A DNA stretch of 64,000 nt from Squalus acanthias (lineage: Eukaryota): NCBI GenBank assembly GCA_030390025.1, contig CM059438.1, positions 67,396,001 to 67,460,000 of the forward strand, in the 5' to 3' direction. The notes beneath the pieces were generated by a model, which made no database searches, was not told the origin of the DNA, and worked only from the letters and a program-made list of their open reading frames with translations. Shown here one piece after another: positions 12,801 through 27,800 of the stretch (positions are counted from its first letter, which is position 1; each line of letters begins with the position of its first letter). The translations under genes and the position numbers were made by a program.

Positions 12801-15800
12801 CTAGACTCTCTCTCACACGTGCTAGACTGTCTCTCTCAGGTGCTAGACTCTCTCTCAGGTGCTAGACCCACTCTCTCAGGTGCTAGACCCTCTCTCAGGT
12901 GCTGGACCCTCTCTCACACGTGCTAGACTCTCTCTCTCAGGTGATAGGCTCTCTCTCAGGTGCTAGACTCTCTCTCAGGTGCTAGACCCTTTCTCTCAGG
13001 TGCTAGACTCTCTCTCAGGTGATAGGCTCTCTCTCAGGTGCTAGACTCTCTCTCAGGTGCTAGACCCTTTCTCTCAGGTGCTAGACCCTCTCACACACGT
13101 GCTAGACTCTCTCTCACAGGTGTTTGCCCATCTCTCAGGTGCTACGCCCTCTATCACAGGTGCTAGGCCCTCTCTCAGGTGCTAGGCCCTCTATCACAGG
13201 TGCTAGGCCCTCTCTTCACAGGTGCTAGGCTCTCTCACAGGAGCTAGGCCCTCTCTCAGGTGCTTGGCCCTCTCTCACAGGTGCCAGGCCCTCTCTTCAC
13301 AGGTGCTAGGCTCTCTCACAGGAGCTAGGCCCTCTCTCAAGTGCTAGGCCCCCCCTCACAGGTGCTAGGCCCTCTCTCAGGTGCTAGGCCCTCTCTCACA
13401 GGTGCTCGGCCCTCTCTCACAGGTGCTCGGCCCTCTTTCACAGGTGCTAGACTCTCACAGGTGCTAGAATCTCTCTCACAGGGACTAGGCCCTCTGTCAA
13501 AGGTGCTACGCCCTCTCTCTCAGGTGCTAGACTCTCTCTCACTGGTGCTAGACTCTCTCTCACAGGTGTTAGACTCTCTCTCACAGGTGCTAGGCTCTCT
13601 CACAAGTGCTAGGCTTCTCACAGGTGCTGGGCCCTATCTCACAGGTGCTAGGCTCTCTCAGATGTGCTAGGCCCTCTATCACAGGTGCTAGGCTCTCTCT
13701 CAGGTGCTAGGCCCTCTCTCACAGGTGCTAGGCTCTCTCACAGGTGCTAGACTCTCTCTCACAGGTGCTAGACTCTCTCTCACAGGTGCTAGACTCTCTC
13801 TCACAGGTGCTAGACTCTCTCTCACAGGTGCTGGTCTCTCATTCAGGTGCTAGGCCCTCTCTCACAGGTGCTAGGCCCTCTCACAGGTGCTAGGCCCTCT
13901 CTCACAGGTGCTAGACTCTCTCTCAGGTGCTAGGCCCTCTCTCACAGGTGCTAGGCTCTCTCACAGGAGCTAGGCCCTCTCTCAAGTGCTAGGCACCCCC
14001 TCACAGGTGCTAGGCCCTCTCTAAGGTGCTAGGCCCTCTCTCACAGGTGCTCGGCCCTCTCTCACAGGTGCTCGGCCCTCTTTCACAGGTGCTAGACTCT
14101 CTCTCACAGGTGCTAGACTCTCTCTCACAGGTGCTTGGCCCTCTCACAGGTGCAAGGCTTTCTCACATGTTCTTGGCCCTCTCTCACAGGTGCTAGGCCC
14201 TCTCACAGGTGCTAGGCCCTCTCTCACAGGGGCTAGGTCCTCTCTTCAAAGGTGCTCGGCCCTCTCTCACAGATGCTAGGCTCTCTCACAGGTGCTAGAC
14301 TCTCTCTCACAGGTGCTAGACTCTCTCTCACAGGTGCTAGACTCTCTCTCACAGGTGCTAGACTCTCTCTCACAGGTTCTAGACTCTCTCTCACAGTTGC
14401 TAGGCTTTCTCACATGTGCTAGGCCCTCTATCACAGGTGCTAGGCTCTCTCACAGGTGCTAGGCCCTCTCTCACAGGTGCTAGGCTCTCTCACAGGTGCT
14501 AGACTCTCTCTCACAGGTGCTAGACTCTCTCTCACAGGTGCTAGACTCTCTCTCACAGGTGCTAGACTCTCTCTCACAGGTGCTGGGCTCTCATTCAGGT
14601 GCTAGGCCCTCTCTCACAGGTGCTAGGCCCTCTCACAGGTGCTAGGCCCTCTCTCACAGGTGCTAGACTCTCTCTCAGGTGCTAGGCCCTCTCTCACAGG
14701 TGCTAGGCTCTCTCACAGGTGCTAGACTCTCTCTCACAGGTGCTAGGCTCTCTCTCACAGGTGCTAGACTCTCTCTCACAGGTGCTAGACTCTCTCTCAC
14801 AGGTGTTTGGCCATCTCTCAGGTGCTACGCCCTCTTTCACAGGTGCTAGGCCCTCTCTCAGGTGCTAGGCCCTCTATCACAGGTGCTAGGCCCTCTCTCA
14901 CAGGGGCTAGGTCCTCTCGCACAGGTGCTAGACCCTCTCTCTCTCAGGTGCTAGACTCTCTCTCAGGTGCTAGACTCTCTCTCAGGTGCTAGACTCTCTC
15001 TCAGGTGCTAGACTCTCTCTCAGGTGCTAGATCCTCTCTCTCAGGTGATAGGCCCTCTCTCACATGTGCTAGACTCTCTCTCACAGGTGTTTGGCCATCT
15101 CTCAGGTGCTAGGCCCTCTATCACAGGTGCTAGGCCCTCTCTCAGGTGCTAGGCCCTCTCTCACAGGTGCTAGACTCTCTCTCACAGGTGCTAGGCTCTC
15201 TCACAAGTGCTAGGCTTCTCACAGGTGCTGGGCCCTCTCTCACAGGTGCTAGGCTCTCTCACAAGTGCTAGGCTTCTCACAGGTGCTGGGCCCTCTCTCA
15301 CAGGTGCTAGGCTCTCTCACAGGTGCTAGGTCCTCTCTGTCAGGTGATAGCCCCTCTCTCTCCGGTTCTCGACTCTCTCTCACAGCTGCTAGACTCTCAC
15401 AGGTGCTAGACTGTCTCTCACAGGTGCTAGACTGTCTCTCTCAGGTTCTAGACTCTCTCTCTCAGGTGATTGACTCTCTCTCACAGGTGCTAGACGCTCT
15501 CTCACAGGTGCTAGGCTCTCTCTCAGGTGCTAGACTCTCTCTCACAGGTGCTAGACTCTCTCACAGGTGCTAGGCTCTCTCACAGGTGCTAGACTCTCTC
15601 TCACAGGTGCTAGGCCCTCTCTCACAGGTGCTAGACTCTCTCTCACACGTGCTAGACTGTCTCTCTCAGGTGCTAGACTCTCTCTCAGGTGCTAGACCCA
15701 CTCTCTCAGGTGCTAGACCCTCTCTCAGGTGCTGGACTCTCTCTCACACGTGCTAGACTCTCTCTCTCAGGTGATAGGCTCTCTCTCAGGTGCTAGACTC

Positions 15801-18800
15801 TCTCTCAGGTGCTAGACCCTTTCTCTCAGGTGCTAGACCCTCTCACACACGTGCTAGACTCTCTCTCACAGGTGTTTGCCCATCTCTCAGGTGCTACGCC
15901 CTCTATCACAGGTGCTAGGCCCTCTCTCAGGTGCTAGGCCCTCTATCACAGGTGCTAGGCCCTCTCTTCACAGGTACTAGGCTCTCTCACAGGAGCTAGG
16001 CCCTCTCTCAGGTGCTTGGCCCTCTCTCACAGGTGCTAGGCCCTCTCTCAGGTGCTTGGCCCTCTCTCACAGGTGCTAGGCCCTCTCTCAAGTGCTAGGC
16101 CCCCCCTCACAGGTGCTAGGCCCTCTCTCAGGTGCTAGGCCCTCTCTCACAGGTGCTCGGCCCTCTCTCACAGGTGCTCGGCCCTCTTTCACAGGTGCTA
16201 GACTCTCACAGGTGCTAGAATCTCTCTCACAGGGGGCTAGGCCCTCTCTCAAAGGTGCTAGGCCCTCTCTCACAGGTGCTAGACTCTCTCTCACAGGTGC
16301 TAGACTCTCTCTCACAGGTGCTAGACTCTCACGGGTGCTTGGCCCTCTCAGAGGTGCAAGGCTTTCTCACATGTTCTTGGCCCTCTCTCACAGGTGCTAG
16401 GCTCTCTCTCACAGGTGCTAGGCCCTCTCACAGGTGCTTGGCCCTCTCTCACAGGTGCTAGGCTCTCGTTCAGGTGCTAGACTCTCTCTCACAGGTGCTA
16501 GACTCTCTCTCACAGGTGCTAGACTCTCTCTCACAGGTACTAGACTCTCTCTCACAGGTGCTTGGCCCTCTCTCACAGGTGCTAGGCTCACTCACAGGTA
16601 ACTGGCCCTCTCTCACAGGTGCTAGACCCTCTCTCACAGGTGCTAGGCTCTCGCTCAGGTGCTAGACCCTCTCTCAGGTGATAGACTCTCTCTCTCAGGT
16701 GCTAGACTCTCTCTCTGGTGCTAGACTCTCTCTCAGGTGCTAGACTCTCTCTCTCAGGTGCTTGACCCTCTCTCTCAGGTGATAGGCCCTCTCTCACACG
16801 TGCTAGACTCTCTCTCACAGGTGCTCGGCCCTCTTTCACAGGTGCTAGGCCCTCTCTCACAGGTGCTCGGCCCTCTTTCACAGGTGCTAGACTCTCTCTC
16901 ACAGGTGCTAGACTCTCTCACAGGTGCTAGACTCTCTCTCACAGGTGCTCGGCCCTCTCTCAAATGTGCTAGACTCTCTCTCACAGGTGCTAGACTTTCT
17001 CTCACAGGTGCTAGACTCTCTCTCACAGGTGCTAGACTCTCTCACAGGTGCTTGACTCTCTCTCACAGGTGCTAGACTCTCTCTCACAGGTGCTAGACTC
17101 TCTCTCACAGGTGCTAGACTCTCTCTCACAGGTGCTAGACTCTCTCTCACAGGAGCTAGGCCCTCTCTCACAGGTGCTAGACTCTCTATCACAGGTGCTA
17201 GACTCTCTCTCAGGTGCTAGACTCTCTCTCTCAGGTGCTAGGCCCTCTCACAGGTGCTAGGCCCTCTCTCTCAGGTGCTAGACTCTCACAGGTGCTAGAC
17301 TCTCTCTTAGGTGATAGCCCCTCTCTCTCCGGTTCTAGACACTCTCCCTCAGGTGCTAGACTCTCTCTCAGGTGCTAGACTCTCACAGGTGCTAGACTCT
17401 CTCTCTCAGGTACTAGGCCCTCTCTCACAGGTGCTAGACTCTCTCTCACAGGTGCTAGGCTCTCTCTCACAGGTGCTAGACTCTCACAGGTGCTAGACTC
17501 TCTCTCACAGGTGCTGAACTCTCTCTCACAGGTGCTAGTCTCTCGCTCAGGTGCTAGACCCTCTCTCAGGTGCTAGACCCTCTCTGAGGTGCTAGACTCT
17601 CTCTCTCAGGTGCTAGACTCTCTCTCATGTGCTGGACTCTCTCTCAGGAGCTAGACTCTCTCTCATAGCTGCTAGGCCCTCTCTCTCAGGTGCTAGACTC
17701 TCTCTCACAGGTGCTAGACTCTCTCTCTCAGGTGCTAGACTCTCACAGGTGCTAGGCCCTCTCTCTCAGGTGCTAGACTCTCACAGGTGCTAGACTCTCT
17801 CTCACAGGTGCTGGACTCTCTCTCACAGGTGCTAGTCTCTCGCTGAGGTGCTAGACCCTCTCTCAGGTGCTAGACCCTCTCTGAGGTGCTAGACTCTCTC
17901 TCTCAGGTGCTAGACTCTCTCTCAGGTGCTGGACTCTCTCTCAGGAGCTAGACTCTCTCTCACAGGTGCTAGACTCTCTCTCACAGGTGATAGCCCCTCT
18001 CTATCCAGTTCTAGACTCTCTCTCTCAGGTGCTAGACTCTCACAGGTGCTAGACTCTCTCTCACAGGTGCTAGACTCTCTCTCACAGGTGCTAGACTCTC
18101 TCTTACAGGTTCTAGACACTCTCCCTCAGGTGCTAGACTCTCTCTCACAGTTGCTAGACTCTCTCTCACAGGTGCTAAACTCTCTCTCACAGGTTCTAGA
18201 CACTCTCCCTCAGGTGCTAGGCTCTCTCACAGGTGCTAGACTCTCTCTCACAGGTGCTAGACTCTCTCTCACAGGTGCTAGACTCTCTCTTTCAGGTTCT
18301 AGACTCTCTCTCACAGTTGCTAGACTCTCTCTCACAGGTGCTTGGCCCTCTGTCACAGGTGCTAGGCTCTCTCACAGGTGCTAGACTCTCCCTCACAGGG
18401 ACTAGGCCCTCTCTCACAGGGACTAGGCCCTCTCTCACAGGTGCTAGACTCTCTCTCACAGGTGCTAGACTCTCTCTCACAGGTGCTAGGCTCTCTCAAT
18501 GGTGCTTGGCCCTCTCTCACAGTTGCTAGTCTCTCGCTCAGGTGCTAGGCTCTCTCACAGGTGCTTGGCCATCTCTCACAGTTGCTAGGCTCTCTCTCAC
18601 AGGTGCTAGACTCTCTCTTAGGTGATAGCCCCTCTCTCTCCGGTTCTAGACACTCTCCCTCAGGTGCTAGACTCTCTCTCAGGTGCTAGACTCTCACAGG
18701 TGCTAGACTCTCTCTCTCAGGTACTAGGCCCTCTCTCACAGGTGCTAGACTCTCTCTCACAGGTGCTAGGCTCTCTCTCACAGGTGCTAGACTCTCTCTC

Positions 18801-21800
18801 ACAGGTGCTAGGCTCTCTCTCACAGGTGCTAGACTCTCTCTCACAGGTGCTAGACTCTCTCTCACAGGTGCTAGGCCCTCTCTCTCAGGTGCTAGACTCT
18901 CTCTCACAGGTGTTAGGCTTTCTCACATGTGCTAGGGCCTCTCTCTCAGGTGCTAGGCTCTCTTTCAGGTGCTAGGCCCTCTCTCACAGGTGCTCGGCCC
19001 TCTCTCACAGGTGCTCGGCCCTCTTTCACAGGTGCTAGACTCTCACAGGTGCTAGAATCTCTCTCACAGGGACTAGGCCCTCTCTCAAAGGTGCTAGGCC
19101 CTCTCTCTCAGGTGCTAGACTCTCTCTCACTGGTGCTAGACTCTCTCTCACAGGTGTTAGACTCTCTCTCACAGGTGCTAGACTCTCTCTCACAGGTGCT
19201 TGGCCCTCTCACAGGTGCAAGGCTTTCTCACATGTTCTTGGCCCTCTCTCACAGGTGCTAGGCCCTCTCACAGGTGCTAGGCCCTCTCTCACAGGGGCTA
19301 GGTCCTCTCTTCAAAGGTGCTCGGCCCTCTCTCACAGATGCTAGGCTCTCTCACAGGTGCTAGACTCTCTCTCACAGGTGCTAGACTCTCTCTCACAGGT
19401 GCTAGACTCTCTCTCACAGGTGCTAGACTCTCTCTCACAGGTTCTAGACTCTCTCTCACAGGTGCTAGGCTTTCTCACATGTGCTAGGCCCTCTATCACA
19501 GGTGCTAGGCTCTCTCACAGGTGCTAGGCCCTCTCTCACAGGTGCTAGGCTCTCTCACAGGTGCTAGACTCTCACAGGTGCTAGACTCTCTCTCACAGGT
19601 GCTAGACTCTCTCTCACAGGTGCTAGACTCTCTCTCACAGGTGCTGGGCTCTCATTCAGGTGCTAGGCCCTCTCTCACAGGTGCTAGGCCCTCTCACAGG
19701 TGCTAGGCCCTCTCTCACAGGTGCTAGACTCTCTCTCAGGTGCTAGGCCCTCTCTCACAGGTGCTAGGCTCTCTCACAGGTGCTAGACTCTCTCTCACAG
19801 GTGCTAGGCTCTCTCTCACAGGTGCTAGACTCTCTCTCACAGGTGCTAGACTCTCTCTCACAGGTGTTTGGCCATCTCTCAGGTGCTACGCCCTCTTTCA
19901 CAGGTGCTAGGCCCTCTCTCAGGTGCTAGGCCCTCTATCACAGGTGCTAGGCCCTCTCTCACAGGGGCTAGGTCCTCTCGCACAGGTGCTAGACCCTCTC
20001 TCTCTCAGGTGCTAGACTCTCTCTCAGGTGCTAGACTCTCTCACAGGTGCTAGGTCCTCTCTGTCAGGTGATAGCACCTCTCTCTCCGGTTCTCGACTCT
20101 CTCTCACAGCTGCTAGACTCTCACAGGTGCTAGACTCTCTCTCACAGGTGCTAGACTGTCTCTCTCAGGTTCTAGACTCTCTCTCTCAGGTGATTGACTC
20201 TCTCTCACAGGTGCTAGACGCTCTCTCACAGGTGCTAGGCTCTCTCTCAGGTGCTAGACTCTCTCTCACAGGTGCTAGACTCTCTCACAGGTGCTAGGCT
20301 CTCTCACAGGTGCTAGACTCTCTCTCACAGGTGCTAGGCCCTCTCTCACAGGTGCTAGACTCTCTCTCACACGTGCTAGACTGTCTCTCTCAGGTGCTAG
20401 ACTCTCTCTCAGGTGCTAGACCCTCTCTCAGGTGCTGGACCCTCTCTCACACGTGCTAGACTCTCTCTCTCAGGTGATAGGCTCTCTCTCAGGTGCTAGA
20501 CTCTCTCTCAGGTGCTAGACCCTTTCTCTCAGGTGCTAGACCCTCTCACACACGTGCTAGACTCTCTCTCACAGGTGTTTGCCCATCTCTCAGGTGCTAC
20601 GCCCTCTATCACAGGTGCTACGCCCTCTCTCAGGTGCTAGGCCCTCTATCACAGGTGCTAGGCCCTCTCTTCACAGGTACTAGGCTCTCTCACAGGAGCT
20701 AGGCCCTCTCTCAGGTGCTTGGCCCTCTCTCATAGGTGCTAGGCCCTCTCTCAGGTGCTTGGCCCTCTCTCACAGGTGCTAGGCCCTCTCTCAAGTGCTA
20801 GGCCCCCCCTCACAGGTGCTAGGCCCTCTCTCAGGTGCTAGGCCCTCTCTCACAGGTGCTCGGCCCTCTCTCACAGGTGCTCGGCCCTCTTTCACAGGTG
20901 CTAGACTCTCACAGGTGCTAGAATCTCTCTCACAGGGGGCTAGGCCCTCTCTCAAAGGTGCTAGGCCCTCTCTCACAGGTGCTAGACTCTCTCTCACAGG
21001 TGCTAGACTCTCTCTCACAGGTGCTAGACTCTCTCTCACAGGTGCTTGGCCCTCTCACAGGTGCAAGGCTTTCTCACATGTTCTTGGCCCTCTCTCACAG
21101 GTGCTAGGCTCTCTCTCACAGGTGCTAGGCCCTCTCACAGGTGCTTGGCCCTCTCTCACAGGTGCTAGGCTCTCGTTCAGGTGCTAGACTCTCTCTCACA
21201 GGTGCTAGACTCTCTCTCACAGGTGCTAGACTCTCTCTCACAGGTACTAGACTCTCTCTCACAGGTGCTTGGCCCTCTCTCACAGGTGCTAGGCTCACTC
21301 ACAGGTAACTGGCCCTCTCTCACAGGTGCTAGACCCTCTCTCACAGGTGCTAGTCTCTCTCTCAGGTGCTAGACTCTCTCTCAGGTGCTAGACTCTCTCT
21401 CAGGTGCTAGACTCTCTCTCTCAGGTGCTTGACCCTCTCTCTCAGGTGATAGGCCCTCTCTCACACGTGCTAGACTCTCTCTCTCAGGTGTTTGGTCATC
21501 TTTCAGGTGCTAGGCCCTCTCTCAGGTGCTAGGCCCTCTATCACAGGTGCTAGGTCCTCTCTCACAGGTGCTAGGCTCTCTCACAGGAGCTAGGCACTCT
21601 CTCACAGGTGCTAGGCTCTCTCACAGGTGCTAGGCCCTCTCTCACAGGTGCTAGGTCCTCTCTCACAGGTGATAGCCCCTCTCTCTCCGGTTCTCGACTC
21701 TCTCTCACAGCTGCTAGACTCTCACAGGTGCTAGACTCTCTCTCACAGGTGCTAGACTGTCTCTCTCAGGTTCTAGACTCTCTCTCTCAGGTGATTGACT

Positions 21801-24800
21801 CTCACTCACAGGTGCTAGGCCCTCTCTCACAGGTGCTAGGCTCTCTCACAGGTGCTAGACTCTCTCTCACAGGTGCTAGACTCTCTCTCACAGGTGCTAG
21901 GCTCTCTCACAGGTGCTAGGCCCTCTCTCGCAGGTGCTAGGCCCTCTCTCACAGGTGCTAGACTCTCACAGGTGCTAGAACCTCTCTCACAGGTGCTAGG
22001 CCCTCTCACAGGTGCTAGGCCCTCTGCCACAGGTGCTAGGCTCTCTCACAGGTGCTAGGCCCTCTCACAGGTGCTCGGCCCTCTCTCAAATGTGCTAGAC
22101 TCTCTCTCACAGGTGCTAGACTTTCTCTCAAATGTGCTAGACTCTCTCTCACAGGTGCTAGACTCTCTCTCACAGGTGCTAGACTCTCTCACAGGTGCTA
22201 GACTCTCTCTCACAGGTGCTCGGCCCTCTCTCAAATGTGCTAGACTCTCTCTCACAGGTGCTAGACTTTCTCTCACAGGTGCTAGACTCTCTCTCACAGG
22301 TGCTAGACTCTCTCACAGGTGCTTGACTCTCTCTCACAGGTGCTAGACTCTCTCTCACAGGTGCTAGACTCTCTCTCACAGGTGCTAGACTCTCTCTCAC
22401 AGGTGCTAGACTCTCTCTCACAGGAGCTAGGCCCACTCTCACAGGTGCTAGACTCTCTATCACAGGTGCTAGACTCTCTCTCAGGTGCTAGACTCTCTCT
22501 CTCAGGTGCTAGGCCCTCTCACAGGTGCTAGGCCCTCTCTCTCAGGTGCTAGACTCTCACAGGTGCTAGACTCTCTCTTAGGTGACAGCCCCTCTCTCTC
22601 CGGTTCTAGACACTCTCCCTCAGGTGCTAGACTCTCTCTCAGGTGCTAGACTCTCACAGGTGCTAGACTCTCTCTCTCAGGTACTAGGCCCTCTCTCACA
22701 GGTGCTAGACTCTCTCTCACAGGTGCTAGGCTCTCTCTCACAGGTGCTAGACTCTCACAGGTGCTAGACTCTCTCTCACAGGTGCTGAACTCTCTCTCAC
22801 AGGTGCTAGTCTCTCGCTCAGGTGCTAGACCCTCTCTCAGGTGCTAGACCCTCTCTGAGGTGCTAGACTCTCTCTCTCAGGTGCTAGACTCTCTCTCAGG
22901 TGCTGGACTCTCTCTCAGGAGCTAGACTCTCTCTCATAGCTGCTAGGCCCTCTCTCTCAGGTGCTGGACTCTCTCTCAGGAGCTAGACTCTCTCTCATAG
23001 CTGCTAGGCCCTCTCTCTCAGGTGCTAGACTCTCTCTCACAGGTGCTAGACTCTCTCTCTCAGGTGCTAGACTCTCACAGGTGCTAGGCCCTCTCTCTCA
23101 GGTGCTAGACTCTCACAGGTGCTAGACTCTCTCTCACAGGTGCTGGACTCTCTCTCACAGGTGCTAGTCTCTCGCTGAGGTGCTAGACCCTCTCTCAGGT
23201 GCTAGACCCTCTCTGAGGTGCTAGACTCTCTCTCTCAGGTGCTAGACTCTCTCTCAGGTGCTGGACTCTCTCTCAGGAGCTAGACTCTCTCTCACAGGTG
23301 CTAGACTCTCTCTCACAGGTGATAGCCCCTCTCTATCCAGTTCTAGACTCTCTCTCTCAGGTGCTAGACTCTCACAGGTGCTAGACTCTCTCTCACAGGT
23401 GCTAGACTCTCTCTCACAGGTGCTAGACTCTCTCTTACAGGTTCTAGACACTCTCCCTCAGGTGCTAGACTCTCTCTCACAGTTGCTAGACTCTCTCTCA
23501 CAGGTGCTAGACTCTCTCTCACAGGTTCTAGACACTCTCCCTCAGGTGCTAGGCTCTCTCACAGGTGCTAGACTCTCTCTCACAGGTGCTAGACTCTCTC
23601 TCACAGGTGCTAGACTCTCTCTTTCAGGTTCTAGACTCTCTCTCACAGTTGCTAGACTCTCTCTCACAGGTGCTTGGCCCTCTGTCACAGGTGCTAGGCT
23701 CTCTCACAGGTGCTAGACTCTCCCTCACAGGGACTAGGCCCTCTCTCACAGGGACTAGGCCCTCTCTCACAGGTGCTAGACTCTCTCTCACAGGTGCTAG
23801 ACTCTCTCTCACAGGTGCTAGGCTCTCTCAATGGTGCTTGGCCCTCTCTCACAGTTGCTAGTCTCTCGCTCAGGTGCTAGGCTCTCTCACAGGTGCTTGG
23901 CCATCTCTCACAGTTGCTAGGCTCTCTCTCACAGGTGCTAGACTCTCTCTTAGGTGATAGCCCCTCTCTCTCCGGTTCTAGACACTCTCCCTCAGGTGCT
24001 AGACTCTCTCTCAGGTGCTAGACTCTCACAGGTGCTAGACTCTCTCTCTCAGGTACTAGGCCCTCTCTCACAGGTGCTAGACTCTCTCTCACAGGTGCTA
24101 GGCTCTCTCTCACAGGTGCTAGACTCTCTCTCACAGGTGCTAGGCTCTCTCTCACAGGTGCTAGACTCTCTCTCACAGGTGCTAGACTCTCTCTCACAGG
24201 TGCTAGGCCCTCTCTCTCAGGTGCTAGACTCTCTCTCACAGGTGCTAGGCTTTCTCACATGTGCTAGGGCCTCTCTCTCAGGTGCTAGGCTCTCTTTCAG
24301 GTGCTAGGCCCTCTCTCACAGGTGCTCGGCCCTCTCTCACAGGTGCTCGGCCCTCTTTCACAGGTGCTAGACTCTCACAGGTGCTAGAATCTCTCTCACA
24401 GGGACTAGGCCCTCTCTCAAAGGTGCTAGGCCCTCTCTCTCAGGTGCTAGACTCTCTCTCACTGGTGCTAGACTCTCTCTCACAGGTGTTAGACTCTCTC
24501 TCACAGGTGCTAGACTCTCTCTCACAGGTGCTTGGCCCTCTCACAGGTGCAAGGCTTTCTCACATGTTCTTGGCCCTCTCTCACAGGTGCTAGGCCCTCT
24601 CACAGGTGCTAGGCCCTCTCTCACAGGGGCTAGGTCCTCTCTTCAAAGGTGCTCGGCCCTCTCTCACAGATGCTAGGCTCTCTCACAGGTGCTAGACTCT
24701 CTCTCACAGGTGCTAGACTCTCTCTCACAGGTGCTAGACTCTCTCTCACAGGTGCTAGACTCTCTCTCACAGGTTCTAGACTCTCTCTCACAGGTGCTAG

Positions 24801-27800
24801 GCTTTCTCACATGTGCTAGGCCCTCTATCACAGGTGCTAGGCTCTCTCACAGGTGCTAGGCCCTCTCTCACAGGTGCTAGGCTCTCTCACAGGTGCTAGA
24901 CTCTCTCTCACAGGTGCTAGACTCTCTCTCACAGGTGCTGGGCTCTCATTCAGGTGCTAGGCCCTCTCTCACAGGTGCTAGGCCCTCTCACAGGTGCTAG
25001 GCCCTCTCTCACAGGTGCTAGACTCTCTCTCAGGTGCTAGGCCCTCTCTCACAGGTGCTAGGCTCTCTCACAGGTGCTAGACTCTCTCTCACAGGTGCTA
25101 GGCTCTCTCTCACAGGTGCTAGACTCTCTCTCACAGGTGCTAGACTCTCTCTCACAGGTGTTTGGCCATCTCTCAGGTGCTACGCCCTCTTTCACAGGTG
25201 CTAGGCCCTCTCTCAGGTGCTAGGCCCTCTATCACAGGTGCTAGGCCCTCTCTCACAGGGGCTAGGTCCTCTCGCACAGGTGCTAGACCCTCTCTCTCTC
25301 AGGTGCTAGACTCTCTCTCAGGTGCTAGACTCTCTCTCAGGTGCTAGACTCTCTCTCAGGTGCTAGACTCTCTCTCAGGAGCTAGACTCTCTCTCAGGTG
25401 CTAGATCCTCTCTCTCAGGTGATAGGCCCTCTCTCACATGTGCTAGACTCTCTCTCACAGGTGTTTGGCCATCTCTCAGGTGCTAGGCCCTCTATCACAG
25501 GTGCTAGGCCCTCTCTCAGGTGCTAGGCCCTCTCTCACAGGTGCTAGACTCTCTCTCACAGGTGCTAGGCTCTCTCACAAGTGCTAGGCTTCTCACAGGT
25601 GCTGGGCCCTCTCTCACAGGTGCTAGGCTCTCTCACAGGTGCTAGGTCCTCTCTGTCAGGTGATAGCCCCTCTCTCTCCGGTTCTCGACTCTCTCTCACA
25701 GCTGCTAGACTGTCTCTCTCAGGTTCTAGACTCTCTCTCTCAGGTGATTGACTCTCTCTCACAGGTGCTAGATGCTCTCTCACAGGTGCTAGGCTCTCTC
25801 TCAGGTGCTAGACTCTCTCTCACAGGTGATAGGCTCTCTCTCAGGTGCTAGACTCTCTCTCAGGTGCTAGACCCTTTCTCTCAGGTGCTAGACCCTCTCA
25901 CACACGTGCTAGACTCTCTCTCACAGGTGTTTGCCCATCTCTCAGGTGCTACGCCCTCTATCACAGGTGCTACGCCCTCTCTCAGGTGCTAGGCCCTCTA
26001 TCACAGGTGCTAGGCCCTCTCTTCACAGGTACTAGGCTCTCTCACAGGAGCTAGGCCCTCTCTCAGGTGCTTGGCCCTCTCTCATAGGTGCTAGGCCCTC
26101 TCTCAGGTGCTTGGCCCTCTCTCACAGGTGCTAGGCCCTCTCTCAAGTGCTAGGCCCCCCCTCACAGGTGCTAGGCCCTCTCTCAGGTGCTAGGCCCTCT
26201 CTCACAGGTGCTCGGCCCTCTCTCACAGGTGCTCGGCCCTCTTTCACAGGTGCTAGACTCTCACAGGTGCTAGAATCTCTCTCACAGGGGGCTAGGCCCT
26301 CTCTCAAAGGTGCTAGGCCCTCTCTCACAGGTGCTAGACTCTCTCTCACAGGTGCTAGACTCTCTCTCACAGGTGCTAGACTCTCTCTCACAGGTGCTTG
26401 GCCCTCTCACAGGTGCAAGGCTTTCTCACATGTTCTTGGCCCTCTCTCACAGGTGCTAGGCTCTCTCTCACAGGTGCTAGGCCCTCTCACAGGTGCTTGG
26501 CCCTCTCTCACAGGTGCTAGGCTCTCGTTCAGGTGCTAGACTCTCTCACAGGTGCTAGACTCTCTCTCACAGGTGCTAGACTCTCTCTCACAGGTACTAG
26601 ACTCTCTCTCACAGGTGCTTGGCCCTCTCTCACAGGTGCTAGGCTCACTCACAGGTAACTGGCCCTCTCTCACAGGTGCTAGACCCTCTCTCACAGGTGC
26701 TAGTCTCTCTCTCAGGTGCTAGACTCTCTCTCAGGTGCTAGACTCTCTCTCAGGTGCTAGACTCTCTCTCTCAGGTGCTTGACCCTCTCTCTCAGGTGAT
26801 AGGCCCTCTCTCACACGTGCTAGACTCTCTCTCTCAGGTGTTTGGTCATCTTTCAGGTGCTAGGCCCTCTCTCAGGTGCTTGGCCCTCTCTCACAGGTGC
26901 TAGGCCCTCTCTCAAGTGCTAGGCCCCCCCTCACAGGTGCTAGGCCCTCTCTCAGGTGCTAGGCCCTCTCTCACAGGTGCTCGGCCCTCTCTCACAGGTG
27001 CTCGGCCCTCTTTCACAGGTGCTAGACTCTCACAGGTGCTAGAATCTCTCTCACAGGGGGCTAGGCCCTCTCTCAAAGGTGCTAGGCCCTCTCTCACAGG
27101 TGCTAGACTCTCTCTCACAGGTGCTAGACTCTCTCTCACAGGTGCTAGACTCTCTCTCACAGGTGCTTGGCCCTCTCACAGGTGCAAGGCTTTCTCACAT
27201 GTTCTTGGCCCTCTCTCACAGGTGCTAGGCTCTCTCTCACAGGTGCTAGGCCCTCTCACAGGTGCTTGGCCCTCTCTCACAGGTGCTAGGCTCTCGTTCA
27301 GGTGCTAGACTCTCTCTCACAGGTGCTAGACTCTCTCTCACAGGTGCTAGACTCTTTCTCACAGGTGCTAGACTCTCTCTCACAGGTACTAGACTCTCTC
27401 TCACAGGTGCTTGGCCCTCTCTCACAGGTGCTAGGCTCACTCACAGGTAACTGGCCCACTCTCACAGGTGCTAGACCCTCTCTCACAGGTGCTAGTCTCT
27501 CTCTCAGGTGCTAGACTCTCTCTCAGGTGCTAGACTCTCTCTCAGGTGCTAGACTCTCTCTCTCAGGTGCTTGACCCTCTCTCTCAGGTGATAGGCCCTC
27601 TCTCACACGTGCTAGACTCTCTCTCTCAGGTGTTTGGTCATCTTTCAGGTGCTAGGCCCTCTCTCAGGTGCTAGGCCCTCTATCACAGGTGCTAGGTCCT
27701 CTCTCACAGGTGCTAGGCTCTCTCACAGGAGCTAGGCACTCTCTCACAGGTGCTAGGCTCTCTCACAGGTGCTAGGCCCTCTCTCACAGGTGCTAGGTCC